From Dehalococcoidia bacterium (GTDB taxonomy: Bacteria > Chloroflexota > Dehalococcoidia > Bin125), in contig CAXXNO010000004.1 of the NCBI GenBank assembly GCA_963663235.2, positions 132,515 to 196,514 on the forward strand: a DNA stretch of 64,000 nucleotides. The letters are read 5' to 3'. Position numbers and translations under genes: made by a program. The stretch's first letter is position 1. Every line of letters starts with the position of its first letter. The notes beneath the pieces were generated by a model. It searched no databases. It had not been told where the DNA came from and was given only the letters and a program-made list of their open reading frames with translations. This document shows, piece by piece, positions 36,213 through 45,133 of this stretch.

Positions 36213-36812
36213 CTAGGCGGGCTTGCGAGCCAAGAGGTGGGCGAGGGGGCGTTCGGCGTCGGACGGGTCTTCGCGGAAGAGGATGGGGTCGAGGGTGGGG
36301 AAGAGGGCAGGGAGCTCGCCGCGGTTGAGCACGTACTCCTTGTGGACGGGGGGCGGGCCGGTTCCGCCTTCGACCATGGTGACGAAGAGCAGCAGGCCGC
36401 CGGGGGCGAGGACGGCCTCGATCTGGGGGGCGAGGTTGCGCTGGAGGTAGAGGGTGTTGACGACGAGGTCGTAGGGGCCGCGGAGGAGGGGCGCCTGCTC
36501 GAGGTCGCGGCAGAGGGTGGCAATAGGCAGGCGCTCTTTGCGGGCGCGGGCGGCGATGTGGTCGCAGGCGACCTGCGAGGCGTCGATGGCGAGGAGGGCG
36601 AGGCCGCGGCGGGCGAGCCAGAAGGCGTTGCGGCCGAGGCCGGCGGCGATGGCGAGGGCGGCGCCGGTGGCGGGGAGTTGGTCGGCGACTTCGAGGAGGA
36701 AGGGGTGGGGGGCGTCGTCGGGGGGGCCTTGGGCCAGGGCGGCGCGGTGGCGGGCGTCCCAGTCGGGGGAGGGGGGCGACGGTTCATCGCCAGCGGGGCA
36801 GTCGCGCGCCAT
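36213..36812 (-). CDS. class I SAM-dependent methyltransferase
   Basis: Motif I AALAIAAGLGRNAFWLARRG, then LLAIDAS and a post-I acidic residue, with the PGGLLLF motif. Confidence 0.85.
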   Translation of the reverse strand: MARDCPAGDEPSPPSPDWDARHRAALAQGPPDDAPHPFLLEVADQLPATGAALAIAAGLGRNAFWLARRGLALLAIDASQVACDHIAARARKERLPIATLCRDLEQAPLLRGPYDLVVNTLYLQRNLAPQIEAVLAPGGLLLFVTMVEGGTGPPPVHKEYVLNRGELPALFPTLDPILFREDPSDAERPLAHLLARKPA

Positions 36813-36826
36813 CCAGAAGAGCCGTG

Positions 36827-37645
36827 CTAGCCGCTTGGCGCGGGTTGTTCGATGACGGCGAAGTCGGACTGGTCGAGGTCACTGAGCTCGCCCTTGCGGT
36901 AGGCGTCGTAGAGGTGGAAGAGCTCGGTCTTGTGGGGGCGCTTGCGGCCGAGGGGGCAGGCCTGCCAGGCGTCGTAGTCCTCGTCGCAGTAGCCCATGCG
37001 CAGCTCGCCACACTTGGGCTGGAGGTAGCGGCCGAGCTCGGGGACAGCGCGGACGACCTCGGCGCGCATGAGGGCGGCGACCTTGCGGAACTCCCATTGG
37101 GCGCGGGTGCAGAGTCGCTGGTCGCAGATGTGGAGGAGCTCGAGGAAGTTCACGCTGATCTTGAAGTTGGTGTTAGTGGCGTTGGGGAGGACGAAGCGGG
37201 CGTCCTCGGTGGGGACGCCGGCCTCGACCATGCGGCGGTAGAGGTCGCCGGTGGAGCCGAAGTGCTCGCGCATCTCGTCGGCGAAGCCGGCGCCGTCGAC
37301 GGTGGCGGGGACGGTGAAGGGGAAGGTGCCGTCCTTGTAGGTGACGTAGCGCTGGCTCTGCTGCTCGAAGGAGATGCCGATGCGGTGGCGGACGAACTGG
37401 TGGCTGAAGGCGCGGGAGACGCCGCTGATGCCGAACTCGAACCAGACCTGCTCGAGAGGCGAGGAATGGCCGGTCTTGAGTCGCTCGGCGACGAACTCCT
37501 GCATCTTCTGGGGCGCGATGCGCTCATCCGCGACGCGCTCCAGCACCTGCTGGGGCGTGAGCGTCGAGTAGCAGACGCGGTAGGCCATGTAGAGAGCGCG
37601 GATGGGATCCTTGGTGTGTTCGATCAGCGTGACTTGAATCGGCAC
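36827..37645 (-). CDS. thyX: FAD-dependent thymidylate synthase
   Basis: ThyX signature RHRIGISFEQQSQRY. GTG start with GGGAGAG SD. Confidence 0.95.
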   Translation of the reverse strand: MPIQVTLIEHTKDPIRALYMAYRVCYSTLTPQQVLERVADERIAPQKMQEFVAERLKTGHSSPLEQVWFEFGISGVSRAFSHQFVRHRIGISFEQQSQRYVTYKDGTFPFTVPATVDGAGFADEMREHFGSTGDLYRRMVEAGVPTEDARFVLPNATNTNFKISVNFLELLHICDQRLCTRAQWEFRKVAALMRAEVVRAVPELGRYLQPKCGELRMGYCDEDYDAWQACPLGRKRPHKTELFHLYDAYRKGELSDLDQSDFAVIEQPAPSG

Positions 37646-37738
37646 CGACGGCTCTCCCTACCGACCAGGCGAGAGTAGCACTGGGTCGACGCCCGGGCTC
37701 CCGGACGGAGCGGATGGTTCACGAGTTACGTGGCCCGG

Positions 37739-38872
37739 TTAGCGGGAGTCGAAGTCGCGGTAGGGGTCGATGTCGCCGCGGCGGCGGCGGCGGAACCATC
37801 GGAGCCAGCGACGCCGGCGGGGGCGGGGGAGCGAACCGGGGCGGGTGATGGCACGCGAGCGGATATCGATGACGACGCCGGTGCGGCGACTGGTCTCTTC
37901 CAGGCTCTCGACGTCGGAGACGGCGAGGTCGGTGCGGGGGCGGTTGCGGGGCCGGAAGAAGCGGCCCGCGCCGGGGGGCAGGTTCCAGGTGGGGCCCACG
38001 GCCGTGGCGGGCGCGCGCCAGCGGCCGATGAGCATGGGGTACAAGAGGAGCATCCCCGCCGCGAAGCCGCCGAGGTGCGCGAACCAGGCGGTCCCGCCGC
38101 TGCCGACGCTGTCGGAAGCGAAGGAGCCGATGCCGTTGACCAGGTTGATGAGGAACCAGAAGCCGATCATCAAGGGCGCGGGGACGACGAGGGGGATGAG
38201 GAAGACGATGGGGATGAGCACCTGCACCATGGCGCGGGGGAAGAGCAAGAGGTAGGCGCCGAGCACGGCGGAGATGGCGCCGCTGGCGCCGATGACGGGA
38301 ACCAAGTCGCTGGTGTCGAAGAAGATGTGGGCCGCGGTGGCGAGGTAGCCGCCCAGTCCATAGAAGAGCGCGAAGCGGACATGGCCGATGCGGTCCTCGA
38401 CGTTATCGCCGAAGACCCAGAGGAAAAGCATATTGCCGATGAGGTGGATCCAGCCGCCGTGAAGGAACATGGCGGTGAGGGGGGTGAGCAGCAGCAGGAA
38501 GCCGTCGAGGAGGTTGATCCCCCGCCCCTCAACGGGGACCAACCGGCCTAGCTCGTTCGGCAGGAAGCGGCTGCTCTCGACGACGTCGTGCGAAGTGTCG
38601 TCGCCATCGAGGTAGCCGGTGACGAACTCGGGGACCGCGCCGTAACGGAGGACGAACTCGTCGCGATCGGAAATCCGGTAAGGCACGACCGAGGGTACCG
38701 AGGTGGATTCCTGGCCGCGCGCCGCGAATTCGGAGTCAGGAATTTGGACAAAGGCGCTGGGCTGCGTGTCCAGAGTGAGCATGAAGAGGAAGACGAGGAC
38801 GTTGATGGCGATGAGCGCGCGGGTGACGTAGGGCGTGGTGGCCCGAAACTGCGTGTCATGAATGGGGATCAT
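37739..38872 (-). CDS. rhomboid-family intramembrane serine protease with Arg-rich C-terminal tail
   Basis: HGGWIHLIGNMLFLWVFG and the catalytic-Ser motif GASGAISAVLGAY, with a later His (FAHLGGFAAG). The start is set at ATG 38872. The tracked start 38938 lies within a repeat element. Confidence 0.9.
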   Translation of the reverse strand: MIPIHDTQFRATTPYVTRALIAINVLVFLFMLTLDTQPSAFVQIPDSEFAARGQESTSVPSVVPYRISDRDEFVLRYGAVPEFVTGYLDGDDTSHDVVESSRFLPNELGRLVPVEGRGINLLDGFLLLLTPLTAMFLHGGWIHLIGNMLFLWVFGDNVEDRIGHVRFALFYGLGGYLATAAHIFFDTSDLVPVIGASGAISAVLGAYLLLFPRAMVQVLIPIVFLIPLVVPAPLMIGFWFLINLVNGIGSFASDSVGSGGTAWFAHLGGFAAGMLLLYPMLIGRWRAPATAVGPTWNLPPGAGRFFRPRNRPRTDLAVSDVESLEETSRRTGVVIDIRSRAITRPGSLPRPRRRRWLRWFRRRRRGDIDPYRDFDSR

Positions 38873-38924
38873 GAATCGAGAAGCGCTCCGGGGATCATCG
38901 TAGCCGACGGGGACGTTGGGGCAG

Positions 38925-38990
38925 GGGCCCTTCGACACGCTCCCCTCGACTCGCCTTCGACAGGCTCAGGGCAGGCAGGACGAACGGGGG
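38925..38990. repeat. degenerate copy of the ccttcgac / ttcgactcgcc / gctcagg repeat family
   Basis: cccttcgacacgctcccctcgactcgccttcgacaggctcagggcaggcaggacga shares the short units seen at 29996-30060 and in the A elements. Confidence 0.6.
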
Positions 38991-39020
38991 GCATCAGGCG
39001 AAGGGGCGGTGCGTCGCCTC

Positions 39021-40643
39021 CTATGGATCGATGACGAAGAAGCTGGCCAGGATGCGGTCCAAGGCCTCCACGTCCGCCTCCGTCACCAGCTGGATCTGCA
39101 CGCTGATGATGAAGGAGCGGTCCTGGGGCACGGCGGCCAGAGAGATGTAGACAACCTCCTCCCCGCCGCAGCCCTCGAACTGGTCGAAGAAGCCGGTGTA
39201 GGCCGGGTCATCATAGGGAAAACGCCCGAGGTAGTTGCAGGAGGAGAAGTTGAACTGCGTCTGGGCAAAGTCCAGGAGCGCGTTCTCATCGAACCGCTGT
39301 GTGAGGATCTGGGAGGCGGCGAAGAACACGCCCGGCTCGGTCCACGTGCCGAAGAACGCGCCGCGGTTCCCGGCGGCGGAGATCGAGGGGCCAACGCTGT
39401 CTCCGTCCACCATCCAAGCGGTGCCGTCGACGTCGGCCCATTCGATGGGGATCTCCACCACGAGGAGGCCGGTCTCGTCCTCGACCCGGACGAAGCCGGA
39501 GTAGCGGGCGGCGGCGGGCGCCGGCTCGAACTCTTCTTGGAGCTCGGCGGCGAAGGAGAACGATTCCGCCAGTTGCTCGCCGGCGTTGAGGCGGCCCTCC
39601 AGGACCTGGCCGGTGTCAGAGCGGAGCACCTCGACGGAGAGCACGGCACCCGGGCCCTGCGTGCGGAGGATCTGGCAGTAGTCGGACATGGTGCCGTCGG
39701 TGGCGAGGAGGAGGCCCTCCATGCGGGTGATGATGTCGCCGGACTGGATGCCGAGGTCGTCGGCGGGCGATCCGGAGGCGACGGAGGCGACCCAGATGCC
39801 GCTGAAGTCGGGACCCAGGATGGCCTGGCCGTTCACGCCGATGGAGGTGACGTCCTCGTCGGCGATGAGGCGGTCCAGGATGCGCTGCGCTTCATCGGCG
39901 CGGATGGCGAAGGACTGGCCCTCGAAGCTGCCGGCGTAGTTGATGCCGACGACGCGGCCGTCCTCGGTGACGAGCGGGCCGCCGGAGTTGCCGCCGAGCA
40001 GCGTGGCGTCATGCTCCAGCACGAAGTCGACGGAGGCCCAGACGCTCTCGCCGTCGGCGTCGGCCTTGGAGACGATACCGCCGGTGAGAGTGTATTCGGG
40101 GTCGCCCAAGGGGTAGCCGGCCGCGAAGGTTTGCAGGCCGGGGGTGGTATCACCCTGGTACCACTGCAGGAAGGGGTGGCCGTCGCCTTCGATCTGGATG
40201 ACGGCGAGGTCGGAGCACTCGGAGACGCCGAGGATGCGGGCGTTGCGCGGGCGGTCATCGTCGCTGAAGAAGACCTCCAGCAGGGCGGCGCCGGTGACCA
40301 CGTGGTTGTTGGTCACGGCCAAGCCGGAGGGGTCGATGATGAAGCCGGTGCCGCTGCCGGCCACGTTGAGGAGCTCGCCGAACTCGGGATCGCGGAAGGT
40401 GCCTTGCGCGACGATGCGGACGACGGCCTGCTCCACGTCCGCCACTGCGCCGATTGCGCCCGCGGGCAGGATTTCCGGTTCGGGCTCGGCCTGGATCGTC
40501 GGTTCCCGCTCGGCTCGCGGCTCCGGCTCAGCCTGCTCTGTGACGGTGGGCCGCGGCGCTTCTTCTTCCTCTTCGGCTTTGTCGCCGCCGCCGCCGCAAG
40601 CCACCAGCAGGAGCGAGAGCATCGCGAGCAAGCCCGCAAGCAC
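39021..40643 (-). CDS. S1C (HtrA/DegP-like) trypsin-fold serine protease lipoprotein with PDZ domain and C-terminal extension
   Basis: Lipobox LLLVACGG. Catalytic contexts VTNNHVV and GNSGGPL, and a PDZ-like SGSPADDLGIQSGDIITRMEG. The N-terminus is probably longer; see the finding at 40640-40692. Confidence 0.9.
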   Translation of the reverse strand: MLAGLLAMLSLLLVACGGGGDKAEEEEEAPRPTVTEQAEPEPRAEREPTIQAEPEPEILPAGAIGAVADVEQAVVRIVAQGTFRDPEFGELLNVAGSGTGFIIDPSGLAVTNNHVVTGAALLEVFFSDDDRPRNARILGVSECSDLAVIQIEGDGHPFLQWYQGDTTPGLQTFAAGYPLGDPEYTLTGGIVSKADADGESVWASVDFVLEHDATLLGGNSGGPLVTEDGRVVGINYAGSFEGQSFAIRADEAQRILDRLIADEDVTSIGVNGQAILGPDFSGIWVASVASGSPADDLGIQSGDIITRMEGLLLATDGTMSDYCQILRTQGPGAVLSVEVLRSDTGQVLEGRLNAGEQLAESFSFAAELQEEFEPAPAAARYSGFVRVEDETGLLVVEIPIEWADVDGTAWMVDGDSVGPSISAAGNRGAFFGTWTEPGVFFAASQILTQRFDENALLDFAQTQFNFSSCNYLGRFPYDDPAYTGFFDQFEGCGGEEVVYISLAAVPQDRSFIISVQIQLVTEADVEALDRILASFFVIDP

Positions 40644-40826
40644 GAGCAGGCTCTTTTCGGGTCACGCAACCATCGCATCTCAGATTCCTCCCGATATCCC
40701 GGTATCCGACGATACCGCGCGAAGACTAGCAGAGCCGCATCGCAGGCGAATCAGGCGCACTCCGTAGAGATCGAAACTCGTGCCGCCTGCGAGCGAACCG
40801 ATACGCGCGGGCGGCCGCGGAGCCGA

Positions 40827-41441
40827 TCAGGGGGTGTCGAGGTGGGAGGTGTCGTTGAGGAGGACGAGCACCGGCGTCTCGCCGAAGTGGTCGATGCGGG
40901 TCAAGCCGACGTTGGCGATCTTGAGCCGCCAACTGGCGCTGTAGGGCAGGTCGAGCAGGGCGGCGACCAGCGCCTGGGCGGCGTTGCCGTGGGTGACGAG
41001 CAAGGTGGAGCGATCGACCTGATCCGACACGACCTCGGAGTAGACCGCGAGCATCCGGAGCCGCAGCTCCGCAAGGGACTCCCCGCCCGGGGGGCGGAAG
41101 TCGGCGGTGGGATTGAGCAGGGCCTGCCACTGATCCTGATGGCGGTTCTTGACAACCTCGCCGGTGAGGCCCTCCCATTCGCCGTAGTGCATCTCGCGCA
41201 GGCGGGCATCGCAGCGCAGCGGCAGATCGCGGCCGGCGACGACGGCCTCGGCCGTCTCCCGCGAGCGCGCCAGGTCCGAGGAGATGATCGAGTCGAGCGT
41301 GACGCTGGACAGCCGACTGGCGAGAGCGCGCGCCTGGCGGCGCCCGAGGTCCGTGAGCGGCGGGTCCGCGGCCCCAGCGAAGACGCCGTCGCGGTTTGAT
41401 TCGCTCTCGGCGTGGCGGACGACATAGACCGTGGTCGTCAC
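40827..41441 (-). CDS. histidine phosphatase family protein (possibly alpha-ribazole phosphatase CobC, given the cobD neighbour)
   Basis: Has the RHAES catalytic motif (VYVVRHAESESN) and a late VTHG. The start is set at GTG 41441, 5 nt after the upstream stop. Confidence 0.82.
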   Translation of the reverse strand: MTTTVYVVRHAESESNRDGVFAGAADPPLTDLGRRQARALASRLSSVTLDSIISSDLARSRETAEAVVAGRDLPLRCDARLREMHYGEWEGLTGEVVKNRHQDQWQALLNPTADFRPPGGESLAELRLRMLAVYSEVVSDQVDRSTLLVTHGNAAQALVAALLDLPYSASWRLKIANVGLTRIDHFGETPVLVLLNDTSHLDTP

Positions 41442-41448
41442 AGCGGTG

Positions 41449-42423
41449 TCAGCGGCCGCGGCGGGCGCGGGGACGCGCGATCGCCAGCCCGACGATCGTG
41501 AGAGCGACCAGCGCGGCCCCCAGCAGCGCGACGCCGCCGTGGATGCGTCGTGCGCGGGCGACGTCGTCCTGGGTAGCAGGAGGCGCAGCGGCCTGCAGCG
41601 GTGCGCCATCCTCGCCGACGAGCGCAACGTTCAGGGCCGCCGCCATGACGGCGCTGCCGGACGGAACGGGCCGCCGGCGAAACGCCCAATCGGTGAAAGA
41701 GGCGGCCAGCCCCGGCCAGACCCGACGCGAGCGCCCGCCCCCAAGCGGCGCGGCGATCGCGACCAGAACGGCTTGCAGATAGGCGGCCTGCGTCCGCAGC
41801 TGCTCCCCTCTCCAGGCCGCGGCTCGCGCGAGGAAGCGGAGCCAGCCCGGCGCCGGCGAGTGCTCCAGCCAGGCCGCCAGGCGGTACGTCATCGCGCCGG
41901 GCAAGCCGAAGAGCGCGTAGGCGAACCAGGGCGCTAGGTATGCGTCGGCGGGGCGCTGGGCCAGCTCCGTGATGGTGCGGGAAGCGACGGCAGCGGCGTC
42001 GAGATCGGGAAGGGGGGCGCCGGCGAGCGACTCCAGCGGCGCGCGGGCGGCGGCCACATCGCCGGCTTGGAGGGAGCGCTGCACGCGGGCCGCGAGCCGG
42101 TCCAGGCGGAAAAGATCGAAGGTCGAAGCGAGGAGCACCGACTCAATGGCCACAGCGGCGACACCGGGACGCCGTCCCAGCCGTGAGAGGAGCGGGGCCG
42201 AGACGCCGAGGAGCAGCAAGGGCCGGACCAGGACGCCGCCGCCCCACTCGAGCGCCCAGCCGAGCCAGAACGGCGAGAGGCGCCCCGGGGGATCGCCGAG
42301 GGCGCGCCGCACGGCCAGCGCGCAGAGGAAGACGCCGATGCGGCGCGCCGGCCGTCGCACGTCAGGCCGCCGGGCCGGGACAGTTGAAGGAGGCGGAGGC
42401 GTCGACTGGCCAGAGCGCGCCAT
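41449..42423 (-). CDS. cobD: CobD/CbiB-family adenosylcobinamide-phosphate synthase (divergent)
   Basis: It aligns by eye with CbiB. LGDPPGRLSPFWLGW matches GDP..WPHPVRWIG. LQAGDVAAARAPL matches L..gDl..AR. RTITELAQRPADAYLAPWFAYALFGLPGAMTYRLAAWLE matches ETVAENTVDGIIAPLFF..GGAPLAMAYKAVNTLD. The start is uncertain (ATG 42423 or GTG 42360). Confidence 0.7.
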   Translation of the reverse strand: MARSGQSTPPPPSTVPARRPDVRRPARRIGVFLCALAVRRALGDPPGRLSPFWLGWALEWGGGVLVRPLLLLGVSAPLLSRLGRRPGVAAVAIESVLLASTFDLFRLDRLAARVQRSLQAGDVAAARAPLESLAGAPLPDLDAAAVASRTITELAQRPADAYLAPWFAYALFGLPGAMTYRLAAWLEHSPAPGWLRFLARAAAWRGEQLRTQAAYLQAVLVAIAAPLGGGRSRRVWPGLAASFTDWAFRRRPVPSGSAVMAAALNVALVGEDGAPLQAAAPPATQDDVARARRIHGGVALLGAALVALTIVGLAIARPRARRGR

Positions 42424-42703
42424 CACGGACGGCGAGGCCCTGGAGGACGGGGGCCTCTTCGAAGCGGAAGGCGAGGCCCTCGAGGGCCAGCGCCGCGGGC
42501 GGGGCGGGTTGCACATCCATGCGGGGTTGAGTCTACGTCGTGATGGGGTGTGGGGCGGCGCTCAACAAGCCCGCGCGGCGCCGGAGGAAGCCGAGCGCCC
42601 CGGTGGGCGCGGGCGGGCCGACGGCGGCAGACAGCCGCCCGCGCGGGTCTGGACGGGACCCGCGCCGGCAGCGCAGCAGAGGGAGCCGAGGAGAATCAAT
42701 GCG

Positions 42704-42916
42704 TTAGGAGCTCGGGCGCATCTTGGAGGCTCTGAGCGCCGCTTCGATCCGGCGGACGCAGATGCGCCCGGAGATCACGTCCTCCTCGCGGCGTCGCGAG
42801 CCGTTCACGGCGTGGATCACGTCCCGCAGCGGACTTAGTGGCGCCTGGAGGATCGGCATCGTCTTGACACACTTCATGTCCCTTAGAGGGTTCAGCGAGT
42901 CCGACGTGACGGCCAT
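42704..42916 (-). CDS. small hypothetical protein (70 aa)
   Basis: MAVTSDSLNPLRDMKCVKTMPILQAPLSPLRDVIHAVNGSRRREEDVISGRICVRRIEAALRASKMRPSS. Third positions are very G/C-rich (most of 69 codons) despite a locally lower-GC region. No clear SD and no recognised family. Confidence 0.4.
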   Translation of the reverse strand: MAVTSDSLNPLRDMKCVKTMPILQAPLSPLRDVIHAVNGSRRREEDVISGRICVRRIEAALRASKMRPSS

Positions 42917-43070
42917 GGGGCCGAACTTTTCGCGATTGGCCAGCGGAGATCGCGGATCGTCAGGGCGTGCCGCGGGTGAAAGGCGGCGCGAAGCGACGGA
43001 AGTCGCGTTAAGAGGCCGTAAATTGCGGCACAAACGAGGCTTGAGGAGCGTTATTGGGGGAGAACGCGGG

Positions 43071-43100
43071 TTGACAGCCGACCGCGGCGGCGCGCAGAAT
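43071..43100 (+). promoter_or_regulatory. candidate sigma-70-type promoter TTGACA-N18-CAGAAT
   Basis: TTGACA at 43071-43076 and cagaat at 43095-43100. It would give a leader of roughly 150 nt ahead of the zinc-ribbon ORF at 43264. Confidence 0.3.
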
Positions 43101-43263
43101 GTGCGAGAATTCACAAGTGATGGCGGCGGCACATTGTCAAGAGCGGGCTCCAGAGAAGGGAGCCGCCCGTCGGCCCGAGGGGGCCGCAGCCTCACCGGCG
43201 GCGGCTCGCCAGAGCGGGCGGAAGCGGCAGTTCCCTGGAGGACTGAGAAGGAGGCACCCCACC

Positions 43264-43473
43264 ATGGCCGTCACGACCCAGATTCGATGTCCTCGCTGCA
43301 CCGGCGCAATGCTGGCCGAATCCGACGCCCACGGGCAGTTCGGCACCTGCATCGCGTGCGGCTACGTGCACGAGAGCAAGGTCATCTCGGTCTTCGAGTT
43401 GGAGGAAGAGCAGGCGGTGGTGGAGGGTCGGCAGCGTCGTCGCCAGCCGTCGCACGGTAAGTTGCGCCTCTAG
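43264..43473 (+). CDS. small zinc-ribbon protein (69 aa)
   Basis: AAGGAGG plus a 9-nt spacer precede ATG 43264. MAVTTQIRCPRCTGAMLAESDAHGQFGTCIACGYVHE... has CxxC...CxxC and a basic tail RQRRRQPSHGKLRL. Confidence 0.55.
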   Translation: MAVTTQIRCPRCTGAMLAESDAHGQFGTCIACGYVHESKVISVFELEEEQAVVEGRQRRRQPSHGKLRL

Positions 43474-43748
43474 GCTCGGTCCATCGCCTAGGCTAGTCCC
43501 CGCGTTTTCCCGGCCGCCCCGCGCCGGCGGGCCTCTCGTGAGACATCCCGCCTGGTGCCGGGCGTAACCGAATTCACACCCGATCTCCCAGCGGCAAATA
43601 CATCTGGTCCTGCCCCTCTAGGGCGTGCCGCGGCGGCGCGTAGGTCTATCCCCGATGCCGACCGGCCCCTAGGTGAAGAGAATGCCCCCATCAAGCGCGG
43701 CGAGAGCGGAGCCGCCCGCAGGGCTCCCGGGGGGAGAGCGAACGGACC

Positions 43749-43949
43749 ATGACGCGATCATGCCGGCACTACTGGCTCCTGGCACAGCCCGACGGCGCGA
43801 TGGTCGCCGGGCAGTGCAAGCGCTGCCGGCGAGAGCGGGCGTTTCCCGCCCATCTCGAGGAGACCGAGCGCAGCAACGACTACCAGGACCTCCAGCGCGA
43901 GCCTTCGGCGCCCCGGGCCGAGCCGTGGCGGGCGGGCGTCGCCGCCTAA
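43749..43949 (+). CDS. small Cys/His-rich zinc-ribbon-like protein (66 aa)
   Basis: MTRSCRHYWLLAQPDGAMVAGQCKRCRRERAFPAHLEE fits the pattern C-x-H-x-W...G-x-C-x2-C...R-x-F. G/C third-position bias is strong, and GGGAGAG lies about 10 nt upstream. Confidence 0.5.
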   Translation: MTRSCRHYWLLAQPDGAMVAGQCKRCRRERAFPAHLEETERSNDYQDLQREPSAPRAEPWRAGVAA

Positions 43950-44098
43950 TCGCGGGGGGATCCCGTCGAACCGGCACGGAGATTGTATCCAGCGGGGCTC
44001 ACCGCTAGAGTAAGGCCCCTTTTCCGGCGTGCGGCGATGAGCCGATACGCCGTGCAGCAGCGACGATCGTCAGGACGGCGCAGCGGAGGAGGATTGGG

Positions 44099-44854
44099 TT
44101 GGAAGCGAAAGTGAAAACGGACAAAGACAGCAACGCGATCCGCAGGGTGCGTCCGAGGATTCGGGTGCTGATCGTGGATGATCACTCGGTCCTGCGGCAG
44201 GCGTTGCGCCTGCTGCTGCAAAGCCACGACGACTTGGACGTGCTGGGCGAGGTGGCCAATGGGCGCGAGGCGGTGGCGGCGGCGGAGAAGCTGCAGCCGG
44301 ACGTGGTGCTGATGGACGTGGTCATGCCGGGGCTCAACGGCCTGGACGCGACGCGGCAGATCCGCAAACGCTGCCCGCGGATCCGCGTCCTGATGCTGTC
44401 CGGCTACGAAGAGGATGAGCAGATCATCGAAGCGCTGCGGGCAGGCGCGAGTGGGTACCTGATCAAGGAATCGGACATTAGCGAGCTGCTGCTGGCGATC
44501 CAGTCGGTGGCGCGGGGCAACACCTACTTCTCGGCGTCGTTCTCGGAGCGGGGCGGCGGGGGCGACTTTCTGCTGCGCGCGCGGGGGAACGATTCCGAGG
44601 TGGGGTTTGACCGGCTCACCGACCGGGAACGCGAAGTGCTGCAACTGATCGCCGAAGGGCATTCCAACCGATCGATCGCCGAGGAGCTGGTGATCAGCGT
44701 GAAGACCGTGGAGGCGCACAAGGCGCACATCATGAGCAAGCTGGGCGCCCGCAATCGCACGGATTTGATCCGCTACGCGATCCGGCGGGGGATCATCGGA
44801 CTGGAGCCGATGCCGAACCTGCACGCGGATGAATCGCGGGAAGCGAGCGCGTGA
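44099..44854 (+). CDS. NarL/LuxR-family response regulator (no adjacent kinase)
   Basis: REC domain (IRVLIVDDH.., VLMDVVMPGLNG, LMLSGY, GYLIKE) plus a LuxR HTH (LTDREREVLQLIAEGHSNRSIAEELVISVKTVEAHKAHIMSKLG). The exact start (TTG 44099 or downstream GTG) is uncertain. Confidence 0.93.
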   Translation: MEAKVKTDKDSNAIRRVRPRIRVLIVDDHSVLRQALRLLLQSHDDLDVLGEVANGREAVAAAEKLQPDVVLMDVVMPGLNGLDATRQIRKRCPRIRVLMLSGYEEDEQIIEALRAGASGYLIKESDISELLLAIQSVARGNTYFSASFSERGGGGDFLLRARGNDSEVGFDRLTDREREVLQLIAEGHSNRSIAEELVISVKTVEAHKAHIMSKLGARNRTDLIRYAIRRGIIGLEPMPNLHADESREASA

Positions 44855-45090
44855 GCGCGGCCGAGGCGGCCAGCGACGGGGGCAGTGACGGTGCCATGCC
44901 GGCGGCGGAGAGCGCGCAGTTGCTCCTGCCCCGCCTGGAACGTCTGGTGGCGTTGCGCAGCCTCCACGCCGAGCACCTGAACGACGAGGGCCGACGCTTG
45001 ATCCAGCGTGCGATCTTCTCGACGTACGTCGATTGTCGCGAGCTGGGGCTGGCCGATGACGCGCGCGCGCTGATCAGCGAGCGCTCCTAA
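44851..45090 (+). CDS. small hypothetical protein coupled to the regulator gene
   Basis: GTGA start/stop overlap with the regulator. The helical-looking sequence is LLLPRLERLVALRSLHAEHLNDEGRRLIQRAIFSTYVDCRELGL. No family recognised. Confidence 0.4.
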   Translation: MSAAEAASDGGSDGAMPAAESAQLLLPRLERLVALRSLHAEHLNDEGRRLIQRAIFSTYVDCRELGLADDARALISERS

Positions 45091-45133
45091 CCCCAGCCGC
45101 CCGTCGCTCTCTCCCCAGCGGTCCATTCCGGCC

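Noticed and set aside
34680-36830. ORFs 34680..35330, 34864..35271, 34976..35350, 35838..36830 and 35990..36328, which give repeated peptides such as SPLSIGKRWRGGRGGSG and LTLPLCEGRKRPLAS
   Set aside because: They are translations of the A/B repeat elements. The same nucleotide units recur in other intergenic gaps in either orientation. The 3' part of 35838..36830 is antisense to the methyltransferase gene.
38916-41399. 827-aa plus-strand ORF; also 49304..51313 (-) and 59398..61731 (-)
   Set aside because: All are antisense to motif-rich genes (the HtrA-like protease and the histidine phosphatase; fliN-fliO-fliP; flgL, fliW and cheA). They have Gly/Arg/Asp or Arg/Pro/His-rich low-complexity translations.
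42517-42703. Cobalamin riboswitch upstream of cobD
   Set aside because: I looked on the minus strand for a B12-box-like core and the usual conserved stems and saw none. The spacer is simply GC-rich.
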